From: Terriglobia bacterium
Lineage (GTDB): Bacteria; Acidobacteriota; Terriglobia; 20CM-2-55-15
Assembly (NCBI GenBank): GCA_963664115.2
Contig: CAXWPJ010000002.1
Coordinates: forward strand, 640,001 to 704,000
Length of the DNA: 64,000 bases
Reading direction: 5' to 3'
A program made the position numbers and the translations under genes. Shown piece by piece: positions 32,001 to 47,000 of this stretch; positions within the stretch are counted from its first letter, which is position 1, and every line of letters begins with the position of its first letter. A model generated the notes under the pieces. That model worked only from the letters and a program-made list of their open reading frames with translations, did no database searches and had not been told where the DNA came from.

Positions 32001-35000
32001 ACAGGCGCCTTCGAGGTCGAATTGAACCTTGGTTTCGGTGTGTCGGGGGGTGTCAGCCCGATCGATTTCGATGCCAGTTTCAACGAAGTCCACACGCTGT
32101 TCGATGCCATCGATGGTGGTTTTAGTGGCGGTGACGGAACTATCCAGGCATCTGAACTCAACGCTGCCCTCGCTGGAAGCTATACCGGTCCCGCTGTGAC
32201 CACGGTGGACCAACTCCTGGCGGCCATGATCACCGGTCCGGCGCCCCCGCTAAACGGAATTCCTATTGCTGACGTGCAGAACGCTCTCTCCACGTCCTTC
32301 AAGACTGCCAATCCGACAGCAATCGAGACGGCCGACGCGGACGGCGACGGCAAGATCGATTTGGGATTCGAAGTCAACACCGGTAATCCCGCTTCTCCTG
32401 TCGTTATTGACTTCGACGATTTCCTGATCAGCATCCGACTCGGCGGCGAAATCGAATTGCAGGACGTCTTCCGCCTATTTGGCGTTTTCATCTTCGAAGC
32501 GGATCCTTCCAATTTGAAGGCTTTTGTCGCTGCCGGCCTTGAATTCGGCCCCGATGTCGATGCCGCTGAAAGCAGTAAGCTCTTCACCATGAACGCCCTG
32601 GGCGCCCTGGTGATCAACGGCGCCGGTATCGCGGCCGACATCGACGTCTCGGTCTCCGTCGGTGGCGCGATGAGGAGTGTTCTGAGCCTGAACGCGAGTG
32701 CACGGCTGGTATTCAACACCACAAGTGCAGATCAGACGATCACCATACCGGCGCGATTTGTCGATTTCCTGACAGGGTCTACTGATTTGAGCGCGCTCCC
32801 CGTCTCAACACTCGTCGATGGCAGTGACCCAGACTCACCGTTAAGAAGCCTGACCGGAACCCCCGGAACCCCCCTGGATTCTCGGTTTACAGAAAACGCC
32901 GATGGTTCCGCGACTTTCACGATTCCAGGCGGAGCACCCCGGCTGGGTGGCCTTCCTAACGATCCGGCCGGAGAGTATTTCCTCGTTTCCATCAGCGGGA
33001 ATTTGACGATCGCCCAGACCTTCGTCATCAGTGGCGCCTTCCATCTCAAGGTCAGCCCAACAGGGTTAGAGCTTGGGTTCAACGGGTCGCTGGATCTTGG
33101 TGGCTTCGCTTCGGTCAGTGTGGCAGGCGCCGCCGTAATCGAGAACGGTGTTTTCGCGGCGCACGTCAGTCTGAACCTGAATCTCAACGTCGCGGGCGGC
33201 CTCAATATCAGCGGCGGAGCTATACTCGAAATAAATTCCAGTAATGCCTCCAAGACGGTCTTTGAGGCGGACGGGATTACCAGTCATACGATCCTTGCAA
33301 ATACCTTCAAAGTAACAGTCACTGCCACGTTGAATTTGTTCAATGTGTTGACCGCGAACGGGACGGTCACGCTGGGCATAGTGAACGGTAACTTCCTGAT
33401 CGACGTGAACGCCAGCATGAACTTCTTCGGCCTGGCGACCTTAAACGTCACCGGGAATTTGAACACCAACGGCACCTTCCGCTTATCAGGTACTCTCAAT
33501 CTCGATTTAACCGTCGTGGGATTTGGGATTGATGGCAGCATTGGCGTAACACTCACTGAATCAAGCCTCTCTGGGCACGGTTCAGTCGGGCTCGTCATCG
33601 CCGGCCAATCTATCCCCATCGCTTCAGCCAGCTTCAGCCTCAATTGGGTCAGCGGTACTTTTGTTATCAGGGCTGAAGGACCACTCAGTGTATTCGTTGA
33701 AGTCACCGTCACCACCAATCCCTTCAGTTTTTCTGTTACCGGAGGCTTAGGTGTCTTAGATGCCGTGTTTGAAGCGCTGGGCGCTGCCGCAGAAGCCGTC
33801 GGTGAGGCCGTCGTTGCAGCAGCTCAAGCAGTGGTGGGTGCTATTGAAGACCTGGGAGAGGCGATTCTCGACGTTGCGGGAGATATCGTCGATTTCGTTG
33901 GAGGATTTATCTCTGATATCGGTGACGTATTCTCAAGCGTTGCCAATACAATCGCCGGCTGGTTCAGCAGTCGTAAGACCGAGGTCCATCAAGTCTCGGT
34001 CGGTCCAAGATATACATATGGCACAAGCCTGTCAGGCGGAACCTTAACAGTCACCAACAACAGTTCTTCCCAACTCAATCTGGCCATTGTTGGTGGTGAC
34101 CTGATTGTCGATGCGCCAGATTTTACTGAAAGCGTTACCGTCGCTTTCAGAGTCGATTACCACAGAACTTTTGATTCGTCTGGATGGCCTCATACATGGG
34201 GCTGGAACTCCTGGAATGAAGTAGGCCGCACGAACATTAATCGAAACATCACCTTCTCGAATACGAAGAGTTTTGCTGGTGTAACGAAAATTGTCATCAT
34301 CGGAACGAATGGCCCCGAAACAATCGTTCTGGATCCGGCCAGCATCACCATCAATGCAGACGTCTATGGCAATGGTGGTAATGACACTATCGTGACCGGG
34401 CAAGGGCACGACAACGTCTGGGGCGGCGATGGTGGGGACATCATTTTCACTAATGGAGGAAACGACAAATTATTTGGTCAGAATGGCGATGACTTTTTAT
34501 TTGGCGGACTCGGAAACGATGAGCTCTATGGTGGCTCAGGAAAGGATCTGCTAAATGAGAACAAGATAACTCAGACCCTGGCGAGAAGTAATCCGCTAAA
34601 CGAAATTTCAGAAACGAATATCTTAAACGGCGGTTCTCACGACGACATGATCGTAGGGTCGCCGGGAAGAGACACAATAGAGGGTGGAAGTGGGGATGAT
34701 CTACTATTAGGCCTTGCCCATGACGATATCTATGTGTTCAAAAATGGTTATGGAACGGATCAATTTGCAGATGTCGACGGCGCACAATCCAGCGGCGAAG
34801 AGATCCTGGATTTCAGTGGCGTAACAAATGCATTAGACATATCGATGTCTATATCTGGATTTACCGCCAGTGCCGGCACAGGAAACTTACTATCGATTGG
34901 TAATGTCACTTCACCAAATGTTCCGAACTTAGTTGCTGGTTTCGTTTGGATTGATCAAATAAAGCTTGGCTCAGGAAGTGACACGTTTGCGATAACAGCA

Positions 35001-38000
35001 TTACCGTCCAACCATCGCATCGACATTATCGATGTCGGTGGCAACGATACGTACGACTTTGATTTGGATGAAGCCGATGCCGCCCAGAGCGTCGCCGGGG
35101 TGAATATCGACGATGGCGCAGGCGGTGCTGACCAGATCGATCTGGATTTGTTTTCAACAGGCTTTGATATTTACCTGCATCCTCAAGCTGTTCTACTGAA
35201 TAATCTCAACGTAACGTTTACGGGTGTTGAAACGCTCAACCTTACCGATCATGCCGTAGCGACAACAATCACTACCCAGCCAGGTAGCGGACCAACAGAA
35301 CTTCAGGTCAAGTCCGGGGTAACGATTAAGTCGCACACCGGCGGCAATATTGAGTTGCTCGCCAGGGGTGACTTCACCCTCCAGGCCGGCGGGCTCATCC
35401 AGACAACAGGAAACGTCACCATCCGCGGCGATCACACCAACGTCGTTTCGACCACGATTGATCTGCTCGGCACGATCAACGCGGATAACGTAGCGGTGTT
35501 CGGCAACACTCACAACGACACCGTGAACGTCACGAACGTGACCTCCGGCTCAGAAACGACGATTTCGACCAATGCCGGTGACGATACGATTAACATCCAG
35601 ACCATTGACGCCGATACGACCGTTCATGCCGGTACGGGTAACGATACGGTTAATGTCGGGACGCTTGCCCCAGCAACAAACGGAACCGCGAATGGCATCC
35701 GGGCGCTTCTGACCGTCAATGGCGACGGTAACTCAGGCACCGGTGACACGCTCAACGTCGATGATAGGGGAGACGGCGCGAATACCGGCATTTTGACCTT
35801 GGACGATATCGCCGGGCTGTTCGGTTTCGGCGGCAGTATCGACTACGGCACCCTGGAGACCTTAAACATCCACCTGGGAAACGCTGCCGACACCTTCACG
35901 ATCCAGAGCACGCACTCCCAAGCCACGAATCTCAACACGCGGGGCGGGGTTGACACGATCAACGTTCGGAACATTGCCGGCGTGACGACCGTCAACGGCG
36001 GGGACGGCGTCGATACGATCATTGTGGGCACAACGGCACCGACGGCTGGCGGCACCGCCAATGGCATCGCGGCGCACCTGAAGATCAACGGAAACGGGCA
36101 TACGGGTGCCGGTGACACGCTCAACGTTGATGATTTCGGAGACGGCGCGGGCGATACCGGCGGCATGACCGCGACCAGGATCACCGGGATCTTCGGCGCC
36201 GGCGGCAGTATTACCTACACCACCCTGGAGACATTGAAGATCGATCTGGGGACCGCAGGCGATACCTTCACAATCGACGGTACGCATGGTGGACCCACGA
36301 CAGTCAACGCCGGTACCGGAGAGGACACGATCAATATCAACGGATCGACCGGGACGTTGACGGTTAACGGCCAGGAAGACAACGATACCTTTAACGTCAG
36401 GGCAATCGGCGGCCCGGTAACGATCAATGCGGGTGGCGGCGACGATACGATCAACGTCGGCAGCAGCATTGGCGCCAACTTCCCGAACGTGAACGGCATC
36501 GCCGCGTTGCTGACCATCAACGGCCAGGGTGGCGGCGCTACCGGCGACACGCTCAACGTCGATGAGACCGGCGAGACTGTGGGCAACACGGGCGAGCTGA
36601 CCAATAACGAAGTTACCCTCCTGGGCATGGGCGGCAAGATCGTCTACGGCACGATCGAGACCCTGAATATCTCTCTCGGTTCGGGTGGCGATACGTTCAC
36701 GATCCAGAGTACGCACAGTGCCGACACGAACGTCAACGCAGGCTCCGGACAGGATCTGATTGTCATCAACGGAACTTCCGGAACGCTGGTCGTAAACGGC
36801 GAGAATGGTGACGACATTGTCACCGTTAATGCCACGGGCGCGAGCAGTACGACTACGCTGAACGGGCAGTCCGACAGAGACATATTCAATATCAAGGCGA
36901 TAAGCGGCCCCGTAACTATCAAGGGCGGCAATGACGACGACACCGTTAATGTCGGCAGCAACGCATCGGGTACGGTTACAAACAGAAACAACAACCAGAA
37001 CGGAACGGTCGACAACATCAAGGCGCTACTGAAGGTTGACGGCGATGCCCCCTCCGCAAGCGACATCTTGAACATCGACGATACCGGGGATGCTTCCGGC
37101 GACACGGGCCAGCTGACCTCGACACGCATCACCGGACTGTTTGGCGCCGGCGGCAGCATCACTTACGGGACCGTCGAGACGCTTAACATCGATCTGGGTA
37201 CCGGTGACGACAAGTTCAGGATACTGAGCACGCACGCGGGTCAGACCAACCTGAACACCGGCCCCGGCATCGACGAAATCAACGTCGGTTCGAATGCGCC
37301 GGCCGCCAACGGAGACGTCAACGCGATCGTCGGTCCGGTGGACATCGACGGTGATACCGAATTCGACACCCTGACCGTCGACGATACCGGTGACCCGAAT
37401 GCCAATACCGGCGTACTGACCCTGAACACTCTGACGGGTCTCGGCATGGGTTCGGGCATCACCTACGCCGGCCTTGAGGCCATCGAAATCAGCCTCGGAT
37501 CGGGCGGCAACACGTTCCGGATCGACTCGACGCACGAGGGCACGACCCTCCTCAATGCAGGGACGGTTGCCGACACGATCAACGTTCGGACGATCGACGG
37601 TGACACGACAATTAATGGCGAGACCGGTGGCGATACCATCAATGTAGGTTCGACGGCACCGGTTCACGGCGGCATTGTGGACGGTATCCGAGCTGTCTTG
37701 ACGCTCAACCTTGGCGAGGATGGTGACGGCAATGACTTTGACCAGGTAAATGTCGACGACTCGGATGACGAGAATGACAACGACGGCAGGCTCACCTTAA
37801 ATCGGATCACCGGCCTCGACATGGCCGATGGCGACTACATCGACTACTTCGATGCTGAGGATCTCAATATCGATCTGGGCAGAGGCCACGATACCTTCAC
37901 GATCGAGAGCACCCATACCGGAACGACGAAGCTCGACACCGGTCCCGGCAATGACACGATCTACGTCCAGACGATCGCGGGTGAGACAACGATTAACACC

Positions 38001-41000
38001 CAGTCTGGTGACGACACGATCAATGTCGGTGACACGGTCGACAATGTCGATGCTGGAGACGACTACAACACCACCGATCAGATATCCGCGCTCCTGAAGA
38101 TTGACGGCGGGACTCCTCCAGTCGGCAGCGACATTCTGAATATCTTCGATTCAGGCGATACGACCGACAACATCGGCTTCCTGACCGACGATGGGACCAC
38201 AACCTCGATTACGGGCCTCGACATGTCGAACGGCATCGAATACGTCGACATCGAGGAGCTGAACGTCTTCCTTGGATCGGGTGACGACATCTTCAACGTT
38301 TCCGGTACGGGCTCCGAGACGTGGATCTACGCCGGTTCGGGCGACGATGCGGTCAACATCAATCGGATCGAAGATGAAACGGTCGTGTTCGGCCAGACCG
38401 GTGATGATCGATTCCATGTTGCGGTGACAATCGACCAGGCAAGCGGCTTCCTTGTCGACGTCGATGTCAACGCCGAAGATCCGCTCATCGATCCCCGCAA
38501 TACGGGAACGGGTGCAAATGAAATTTCACCGGTCAACATCGCTCGCAACAGTCAGAACCTGATTCACGCCGAACTGACAATTGACGGCCGTGACGGTGGC
38601 GACCAGTACACGATTTGGCTTGCCAGTTCGGGCGCTGCGCTGATCAACGTCTTCGACACCGGCGCGGTCGGTGGAGATTTCCTGACCGTCTTCGGCTCGG
38701 ACGGCGATGATCTGTTCCTGATGCGTGCCGGTTTCGGCTCGAAGGACCTCAGTGCCCCGTACCAGCCGGACACACCTGCCCAGGTCACAGCGTCACGTGC
38801 GGACCTGGTCCCCGGCGACCTGGCTGCCTTTGGCACTGCGCGCGTGGGCCTGGTGGCACTGCTCAATAATGGCCGTCAGAGCACTGCAGCCGACGTCGAG
38901 CGGGTGAACTACAGCCGGAACATCGAGCTGAACTCGGGGATCAACGGCAACCTGATCGTTCAGGGTGTCGGCGGACGCGATGAATTCTACGTCGACGACA
39001 ACCTGGCGCCGACGCAGCTGTTCGGTGGCAGCACGGCCAACTACTTCCAGTTCGGGCAGCTCTACCATTCCCCGCGCGCCGACAACATCTTTGCCGGAAT
39101 TGCCGATATCGCCGACGAGTTCCAGACCGTCGAGACAACCCGCGGATTCCTGAGCAACGGCAACAGCTTCGACCTGACGGCCATCGGCGCCGTCAACGGA
39201 CCGAACGAATTCGTCGTCCTGAACAACCAGGCAACTTTGAACCTGCTTGGCGGCGACGACGACGACATGTTTACGATTCGGTCTTTCGCGCAGGTGGGCT
39301 CGGTGGATTCCTCCCGTCGCGGGGTGGATATCTCGACCGGTGGCGGAACGAACCAGATTGAGTATGTCGTCGGCGCCCCGATCAACATTGACGGCGGCGG
39401 CGGATTCAACACGCTCAAGGTCATCGGCACCGAGTTCGGAGACGATTACGTCGTTACCGAAAACGGCATTTTCGGTGCGGGCCGCACGGTCAACTTCGTC
39501 AACATCCAGCAGCTCGAGATCGATGCGGCCGAGGGCAACGACCGGTTCTTCATCGTCAGTACTTCTCCCGAGACGTCGGTCATCCTGTCGGGCGGTTTGG
39601 GATCGGACGTCTTCTTCGTCGGTGGTGATGCCCCCGACATCATCAGCCGTGACCTGCTGGGTCACAGCGGCATCATCAGCCACGGCGTCGGAAGCGACGA
39701 TGCATCATTCGACGGCACCAAGGTCAATGAGATTTCTGCGAACGTTGGTGACGACGACGAGGCCGGAATCGTCATCACCCAGTCTGAAGGCGACACGGTT
39801 GTCGTAGACGGTGTTCGGAGTGACAGCTACACGGTTGTCCTGACGCGCCAGCCGTCTGCAGATGTGACCGTGACCGCTTCGGCACCGCGCGGACTCGTCC
39901 GCGATGCTAGTGGTCGTGTCGAACTGCGGCCGACGGCGCAGCTTTTCGATTTCGAGATCGGAACCTACGCCGACACCGTCGAGTTAGTCTTTACGCCCGG
40001 CAACTGGGATACGCCGCAAACGGTCTGGATCCAGGCGGCGACCGGTCAACCGCACACAGGCATCACCAACGGATTCATCAGTCACGATGTCGCCGGAGAC
40101 CGCGTGCCGGGTACCACGACCCAGGCCCTGCGTGTGGTCGGTCAGGATCCGAATCGGCTCGTGGACACGAGTGCCAACTTCGGAGGAAACGACAGCCTGC
40201 GTGGCGCGACCGTCGTCATCACCGAAGGTCCTGGAAAGGGTCTGACGCGCAACGTCATCGGAAATACTGACACCACCTTAATCCTCGACAAGCCCTGGTT
40301 CCTGGATGAAGTGTCCGCCGGTTCGGCCGGTTCGGCGGCAAACCAGAGCGACTACGAAGTTCGACTCTATGAAGGCCTTGCGATTCCCGTCGTATCGGTG
40401 AAGGTCTACTTCCCTGACGCCGGAGCCGCCATCATCGCGCCGGGCGGAATCCTGAGCGTGATCGAGCAGCCCGAAGGCGCGGGATACGCGTTTGGTGCCC
40501 GGACCCGATTCGAGGATAGCTATCAGGTAGTTCTGACCGAGCGTCCGGGTCCGGCCGAATCGGTCACGGTGACCATTGACACGGGTTCCAGCGGACTCCG
40601 GGCCAATCAGGCCAGCCTCACTTTCGACGAAAACAATTGGGATCAGCCGCAAACGGTTCGAGTCGCGATCGGATCCGATGACATCGTCGAGAAGACGGAA
40701 CTGCTTGAGATCGAACACTCGATCGCCGGCGAAGCGATGGAGTCGCTCTTCGTTCGTGTCACCGACGGCGATTCGTCGAACGTCGTGGTCACCGAGACCG
40801 CCGGGTCGACCAGCGTCATCGAAGATTCCCTGTCGCGCACCGACATCCCGCGCGCCGATGCCTACGAAATCGTTCTGAGCCGCAGACCGACGTCAAACGT
40901 GGAAATCGTCGTCCGCGCCGAAGGCACGCGGACCAGCAAGGGCCGGGTAGTCAAGTTCGGCGAGCAGGTCGAAGTGGCCACCAACGCCTCCGGTTTCTCA

Positions 41001-44000
41001 AACACGATCACGCTCGTCTTTACGCCCGACAACTGGGATCAGGCGCAGACAGTTCGGGTCAAGGCCCTTAATGACGGTGTGGTTGACGGTGGCGACACCA
41101 AGGTCTTCCCGAGACTGGCTGACGACACGAGCCGCATCCAGGGTCCGCTCCGGATCCAGGGCGGTGGTGGCCAGGGTTCACTGGTTGGTCTGCCGATTCC
41201 AGTCTTGTTGCCCGGCGAGACGAATGAGTTCCTGCCTTCCGGCGCAATCCAGGCCCCGGAGGCAGCCGGCAGTTCGAGCGTCGTCGTCAGCGCTGACGAC
41301 TTGAGCGTCTTCATGATCAAGTACGGTCTGACGTTCGGTCAGGAGGCCGGTGCCGGGACGTTCGACGCTGTGGTAGGAAAGACGCTGCGTATACTCGACG
41401 GCCGGAACGCAACGGAGTTCGACGACCGGTTTGGCCCGCAGCCGGACGAATCTCTTCCTGAAACGTTCAACCCGGCGAATCCGGTCCACCAGCGTCTGGT
41501 GCCGTTCCGCGAGATCTTAGGCGCAACGGATTTGTTGAACGGAACCGTCAGGCTGACGTTCAACCTGAGCTGGAACTTCGCCATGACCGCCGGCGATGAA
41601 TTTGCGCTGATCAATTCCTCTCCGGCGAACTTCTTCGCCGTGGAAGATGACCAGGTCGATCTGATGCTGGTCCTCGACTCCGACGCCCGGAGCGATGAAG
41701 AAGGCCGGCTGATCTTCCATACAGAAAACGACCCCAACGTGGATATTCCGATGGCGAACCGCGGTCAGCTCATCGGTCTTGGCATGCACGACGGCCGGAC
41801 ATTGGGTGAAGGCGCCGGTGCGAAACGGCTGCCGGCGGGCATCGTCTTCGACGAGATCGAGATGCTCGACATCACGCTGGGCGGCGGCAAGGACCACTTC
41901 GTCATCGATGGAACGCACAGCGGTGCGACACGCGTCAACGGCGGAGGCGGTAACGACGTGATCGAGGTGCTCGGAATCTCCGGAGTGACGACGGTAAACG
42001 GCGGTCCGGGTGACAACACGACGACGGTCGGGGATCCGACGACCGACGGACGAACGCTTTCACGCATCGCTGCGCTGCTCAGTGTCGGTGGTGACATTCC
42101 TTCGGCGATCGCCCGGACGACGGTCCGCGGCGAACCCGATGTCTTCGCGCCCGGCGGCGGCCTGATCGCAGCGGGTTCCACCAACGAGCAGGAGATCCTG
42201 ATCAACGCCGGAGGCGGGACGTTCACGATCCGCTTCAAGGGCGTTGTTACCGACCCGGATGCGCTTCCGCCGGCCGGTGTCGAAAGCGCACCGATCAACC
42301 ACGACGCCGACGCTGCGACGATCAAGCAGGCATTGATCGATGTGGGCGGCCTGACCGACGCCGACTTCGAGGTCGTCCGGTTCGGAGACCGCATCGTCAT
42401 CCGCTTCACCGAGACAGGCCAGTTCGCCAAGAAGCCGATGCATGTCCTCGGTACGGGTTCTGGAAACCTGCTCCAGGGCGGCACGAATACGCTGAACGTC
42501 ATCGGCACGGCCGATGCGCTGAACACCTGGGCGGTTCTGACCGAGTCGACGCTGACCGGAATGGGCACGACGGTCCACAACTCGATCCAGACCGTCTTTG
42601 TCGACGACCCGCAGCAGAGGCAGGGCGAAGATGATCTCCGGAAATTCAAGCTGATCTATGACAGTGTTGAAACATCGGAGCTCGACTACTCGTCAACGGC
42701 TGCCGAGATGGAAGCGGCGCTTGAACTGCTGCCGTCGATCGGGGACGGGAACGTCAGCGTTTCCAAGGTCGACAACGTCTTCATCATTCGTTTCCAGGGC
42801 GACCTGACGAATCGGAACCTGGAACTTTCAGCAATTACGACGCGGGCTGAGGACACGCACGTCTTCGTAGGAGTCCGCGAACCCGGAATCGATAAGCTTG
42901 ACCCGACGATCTTCCCGCCGAGCGCCGAGACGCAGGCGAGAAACGATGTCCAGACCGTTCGGATCGACGCGACCGGCGGTACGTTCCGCCTCGAGGTCGC
43001 CGGCGCCTGGACGGGTGACGTAGCCTACAACGCAACGGCCGATGAAGTCCGGGATGCGCTCCAGCGCCTCGTAGGCAGCCAGTTTGCCGACGATGTCTCC
43101 GTCGTCCGGTTTGCCACGACCTACCAGGTGATGTTCCAGGGCCTGTTGCGACAGGTGATGGGCGGCGTCGGAACCGGCCTGATGAAGGTCGATACGTCCA
43201 ACCTGACCGGGACGGCCGTGATCACGACCCGGATGGACGGCATCAACTACTACTACATCGATGAGCTGAATATCGAATTCGGTTCGGGCAGCGATGTCCT
43301 GAACGTCCAGAGCACGTCGGCTGAAGAAACCAACATCGCGCTCCATGACGGCAACGACCGGATCTTTATTTCGTCCGATGCCGACCTGGATCGAAACACG
43401 CTGGCACCGGACGGCGCAGCGTACGCCTTCGACTTCCTGACCGGAAATGTTGATGGCATCGTCGGCGACCTGAACATCGATGCGGGTGACGGCCGGCACA
43501 TCATGATGATCAGCGATGAGTCGACCGAGCTCACGAAGGGTACCGAAGACGATCCGGTTACCATCCAGCGCACAGCGGCGCGGCCCGATGTCGAGATCGA
43601 GATCCTGGGCCTGAACTTCGTCGGCGGGGCGATTCGCTACGGCGCGGCCCCGGCCGGGAACTTCTTCGACGGCATCACACTGTGGGGCGGCCAGAACGGA
43701 AACGAATTCGATATCGATGCCACGCATCGGCGTGATGATGCGACGTGGCGGACGCAGACGACGCTCAACACTGGCGATGGCGCAGATACGGTCAGTGTAT
43801 CGCTGACAGCCGCAGCCGACGGATTCTTCGTTCTGAACACACAGGGAGACGGCGACGACATCGACGCCAGGACCTCGACGCTGCCGATGGTCATCTTCGG
43901 CGGTGAAGACAGCGACACGATATTCGGCGGCCAGGGTGGTGACATCATTTTCGGTGACTTGGGCAGGGTCGTTTACCGTGACGAGATCGGTGACGTATCC

Positions 44001-47000
44001 ACGGTACTCGGTCACGGCGGCACTTTCGACTCGAACAACGGCCGGAAGCTTCCCGCGTACGCCATCTTCACGGTGAATCCTCTCGTCGGCGACGTGGACA
44101 ACATTACGGCCGGAAACGGCAGCGACGTCATCGTTGGTGGTTTTGCCGGTGACACGATTTACGCCAACGAAGGCAACAACACCGTTGTGGCCGACACGGC
44201 GTGGATCGAGATTGACTTCGGCCTGAGTCACACGACGTTGCCAGACGGTCACGCGTCTGCGGTTCCGCTGAGAGTCGAGAGCGTCCTCGATACGACAGAT
44301 CTCCAGCGCGCATGGACGGACTTTGATCTTCCCATCGATCCGTTCACTCCGGCCGACCTGATCGTCGCGATCGACGGCGACACCATCGAATCCGGCTCGG
44401 GCAACGACCTGATCGCGGGCGGCCTGGGCGACGATAGGATCACAGTTGACGGTGGTGCCAACACCGTGCTGGGTGACAACGGTGTCATCACCTTCCAGGA
44501 AGGCACGCGAATCCTCAGCTCTGTCGATTCGACGTACCTGACTCGCAGTGGTGGTGCCTTCATCCAGGGTGGCAATGACACCATCACGACGGGAATCGGG
44601 TCGGACGTCGTGATCGCAGGTCTGGGTGACGACACCATCGATGCCAGCGACGGCGACAACACCGTCCTGGGTGACGACAATATTGTTATTGGCGACGAAG
44701 GTCGGATCACCTATCAGTTGACCAGCGGACTGCGGGACCGGATTGAGAGCCTGTACCTGAACGAGGACGGGTTGTCAGCGCTGGATGCGGATGGCGCTGT
44801 AGTCGGCGACGACACGATCAGCACAGGCGACGGGCACGACGTGATCATTGGCGGCCTGGGCGGACTTACGATTGAGGGCGAGGTCACGATAGCAGCCGGT
44901 GACGGCGACAACATCGTTATTGCCGATGAAGGCTTCATCCAGTACCAGGATCAGGACGACACGGACACGACGTCGGTGCTTTGGGAAGTCTCCAGTCTGT
45001 ACCTGGACAATACCGCTGAGGGCGATACTGATCTGGACACCTTTGTCCAGGGCGGCAACGAGACGATCACCACCGGTACTGGCTCCGACATCATTATTGC
45101 CGGCCTGGGTAACGACACGATCGATGCCAGCGACGGCGACAACGCCGTCCTGGGTGACGACAATATCGTTATTGGCGACGAAGGCCGGATCACCTACCAG
45201 CTGGGCAGCGGACTGCGGGACCGGATTGAGAGCCTGTACCTGAACGAGGACGGGTTCTCGGCGCTGAATGCGGATGATGCGGAAGTCGGCGACGACACGA
45301 TCAGCACAGGCGACGGGCACGACGTGATCATTGGCGGCCTGGGCGGACTTACGATTGAGGGCGAGGTCACGATAGCAGCCGGTGACGGCGACAACATCGT
45401 TATTGCCGATGAAGGCTTCATCCAGTACCAGGATCAGGACGACACGGACATGACGTCGGTGCTTTGGGAAGTCTCCAGTCTGTACCTGGACAATACCGCT
45501 GAGGGCGATGACGATCTGGACACCTTTGTCCAGGGCGGCAACGAGACGATCACCACCGGTACTGGCTCCGACATCATTATTGCCGGCCTGGGTAACGACA
45601 CGATCGATGCCAGCGACGGCGACAACGCCGTCCTGGGTGACGACAATATCGTTATTGGCGACGAAGGCCGGATCACCTACCAGCTGGGCAGCGGACTGCG
45701 GGACCGGATTGAGAGCCTGTACCTGAACGAGGACGGGTTCTCGGCGCGATGCGGATGACGACCGACACGCGAGGCGACGGGGATGACATGGATAATACCG
45801 CGGACTTACGATTGAGGGCGAGGTCACGATAGCAGCCGGTGACGGCGACAACATCGTTATTGCCGATGAAGGCTTCATCCAGTACCAGGATCAGGACGAC
45901 ACGGACATGACGTCGGTGCTTTGGGAAGTCTCCAGTCTGTACCTGGATAATACCGCTGAGGGCGATGACGATCTGGACACCTTTGTTCAGGGTGGCAACG
46001 AGACGATCACGACCGGCGAAGGGGATGACATCGTCATCGCCAGCCTGGGCAACGATGACGTTAAAGCTGGCAACGGCGACAACGTCGTCCTGGGTGACGA
46101 GGGCTCGGTTATGTTCCAGACCGGCAGCGGGTTCCTGCATGGGATCTGGAGCGAATCTCTGAACGAAGCGGGGCAAGCGCCGCAGGAAGCAGATGACGCC
46201 TCCGTCGGCAACGACACGATCACGACAGGTTCCGGGCGCGACTACGTCCTGTTCGGCTCCGGTGACAATTCGGTCGTAACTGGCGCCGGCGATGACATCG
46301 TCCTCGCCGATGGACATATCGACTTCCATGCCGGCACGAACCTGCCGGCGGTACTGCACACTGTGTTCCTCGACGGCAACAACGTGCTCCTGCCGCCGAC
46401 CAACAACGTGCTTGACGGCGGTGAGGACCAAGACATCCTGATCGGCGGATCGGGACACGACTGGATCGAGGCGGGAAGTGGCGATGACATCGTCATCGGT
46501 GACGAAGTCCGGATCAGCTTCGATCAGGGCAGAGCAGAAGATGGCTTCGTTGTCGCGGACTTCATCCAGACCGTGTTCTTCACGCCGCTCGCTCCGGTAG
46601 GGTTGGGCGACCAACCCGTTGGCCAGCTGATTCCTGGCGGCATCGACGCCATTCTCGGCCAGGAGGGTGACGACATTCTCGCCGGTGGATCGCTCGACGA
46701 CGTCATTGACGGCGGAACGGAACGCGATCAGGTGTTCGGTGACAACGTGACGCTCGACCGGCAGGGCCGCCTTGACAACAACTCGAATCAGCGATTCCGA
46801 GCCCTCACCGGTGACGAGATTTATGCGACGGAACTCAACCAGAACGGCGATCTGCTGATCGACCGCACCGACGTCGATGGCGAATACGGGGATCCGGACT
46901 GGGCTGGAAACGCTCCGTTCTGGGCCGACTTTGTCGTCACCGGCCACGATGGCCTGACGACACCGGGGCTCGTCGACCTGGTCCAGAATGACGCGAATCG

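Noticed and set aside
29268-32213. 981-aa minus-strand ORF and many other long antisense ORFs across the giant gene (e.g. 42828-44252, 45673-47163, 47410-48930)
   Set aside because: Shadow frames produced by the biased codon usage of the plus-strand gene; no recognisable motifs or RBS.
44560-46100. Regular repeats considered as a CRISPR array
   Set aside because: The period is 483 bp, in frame and coding, with no unique spacers; no cas genes or CRISPR-like array seen in the window.
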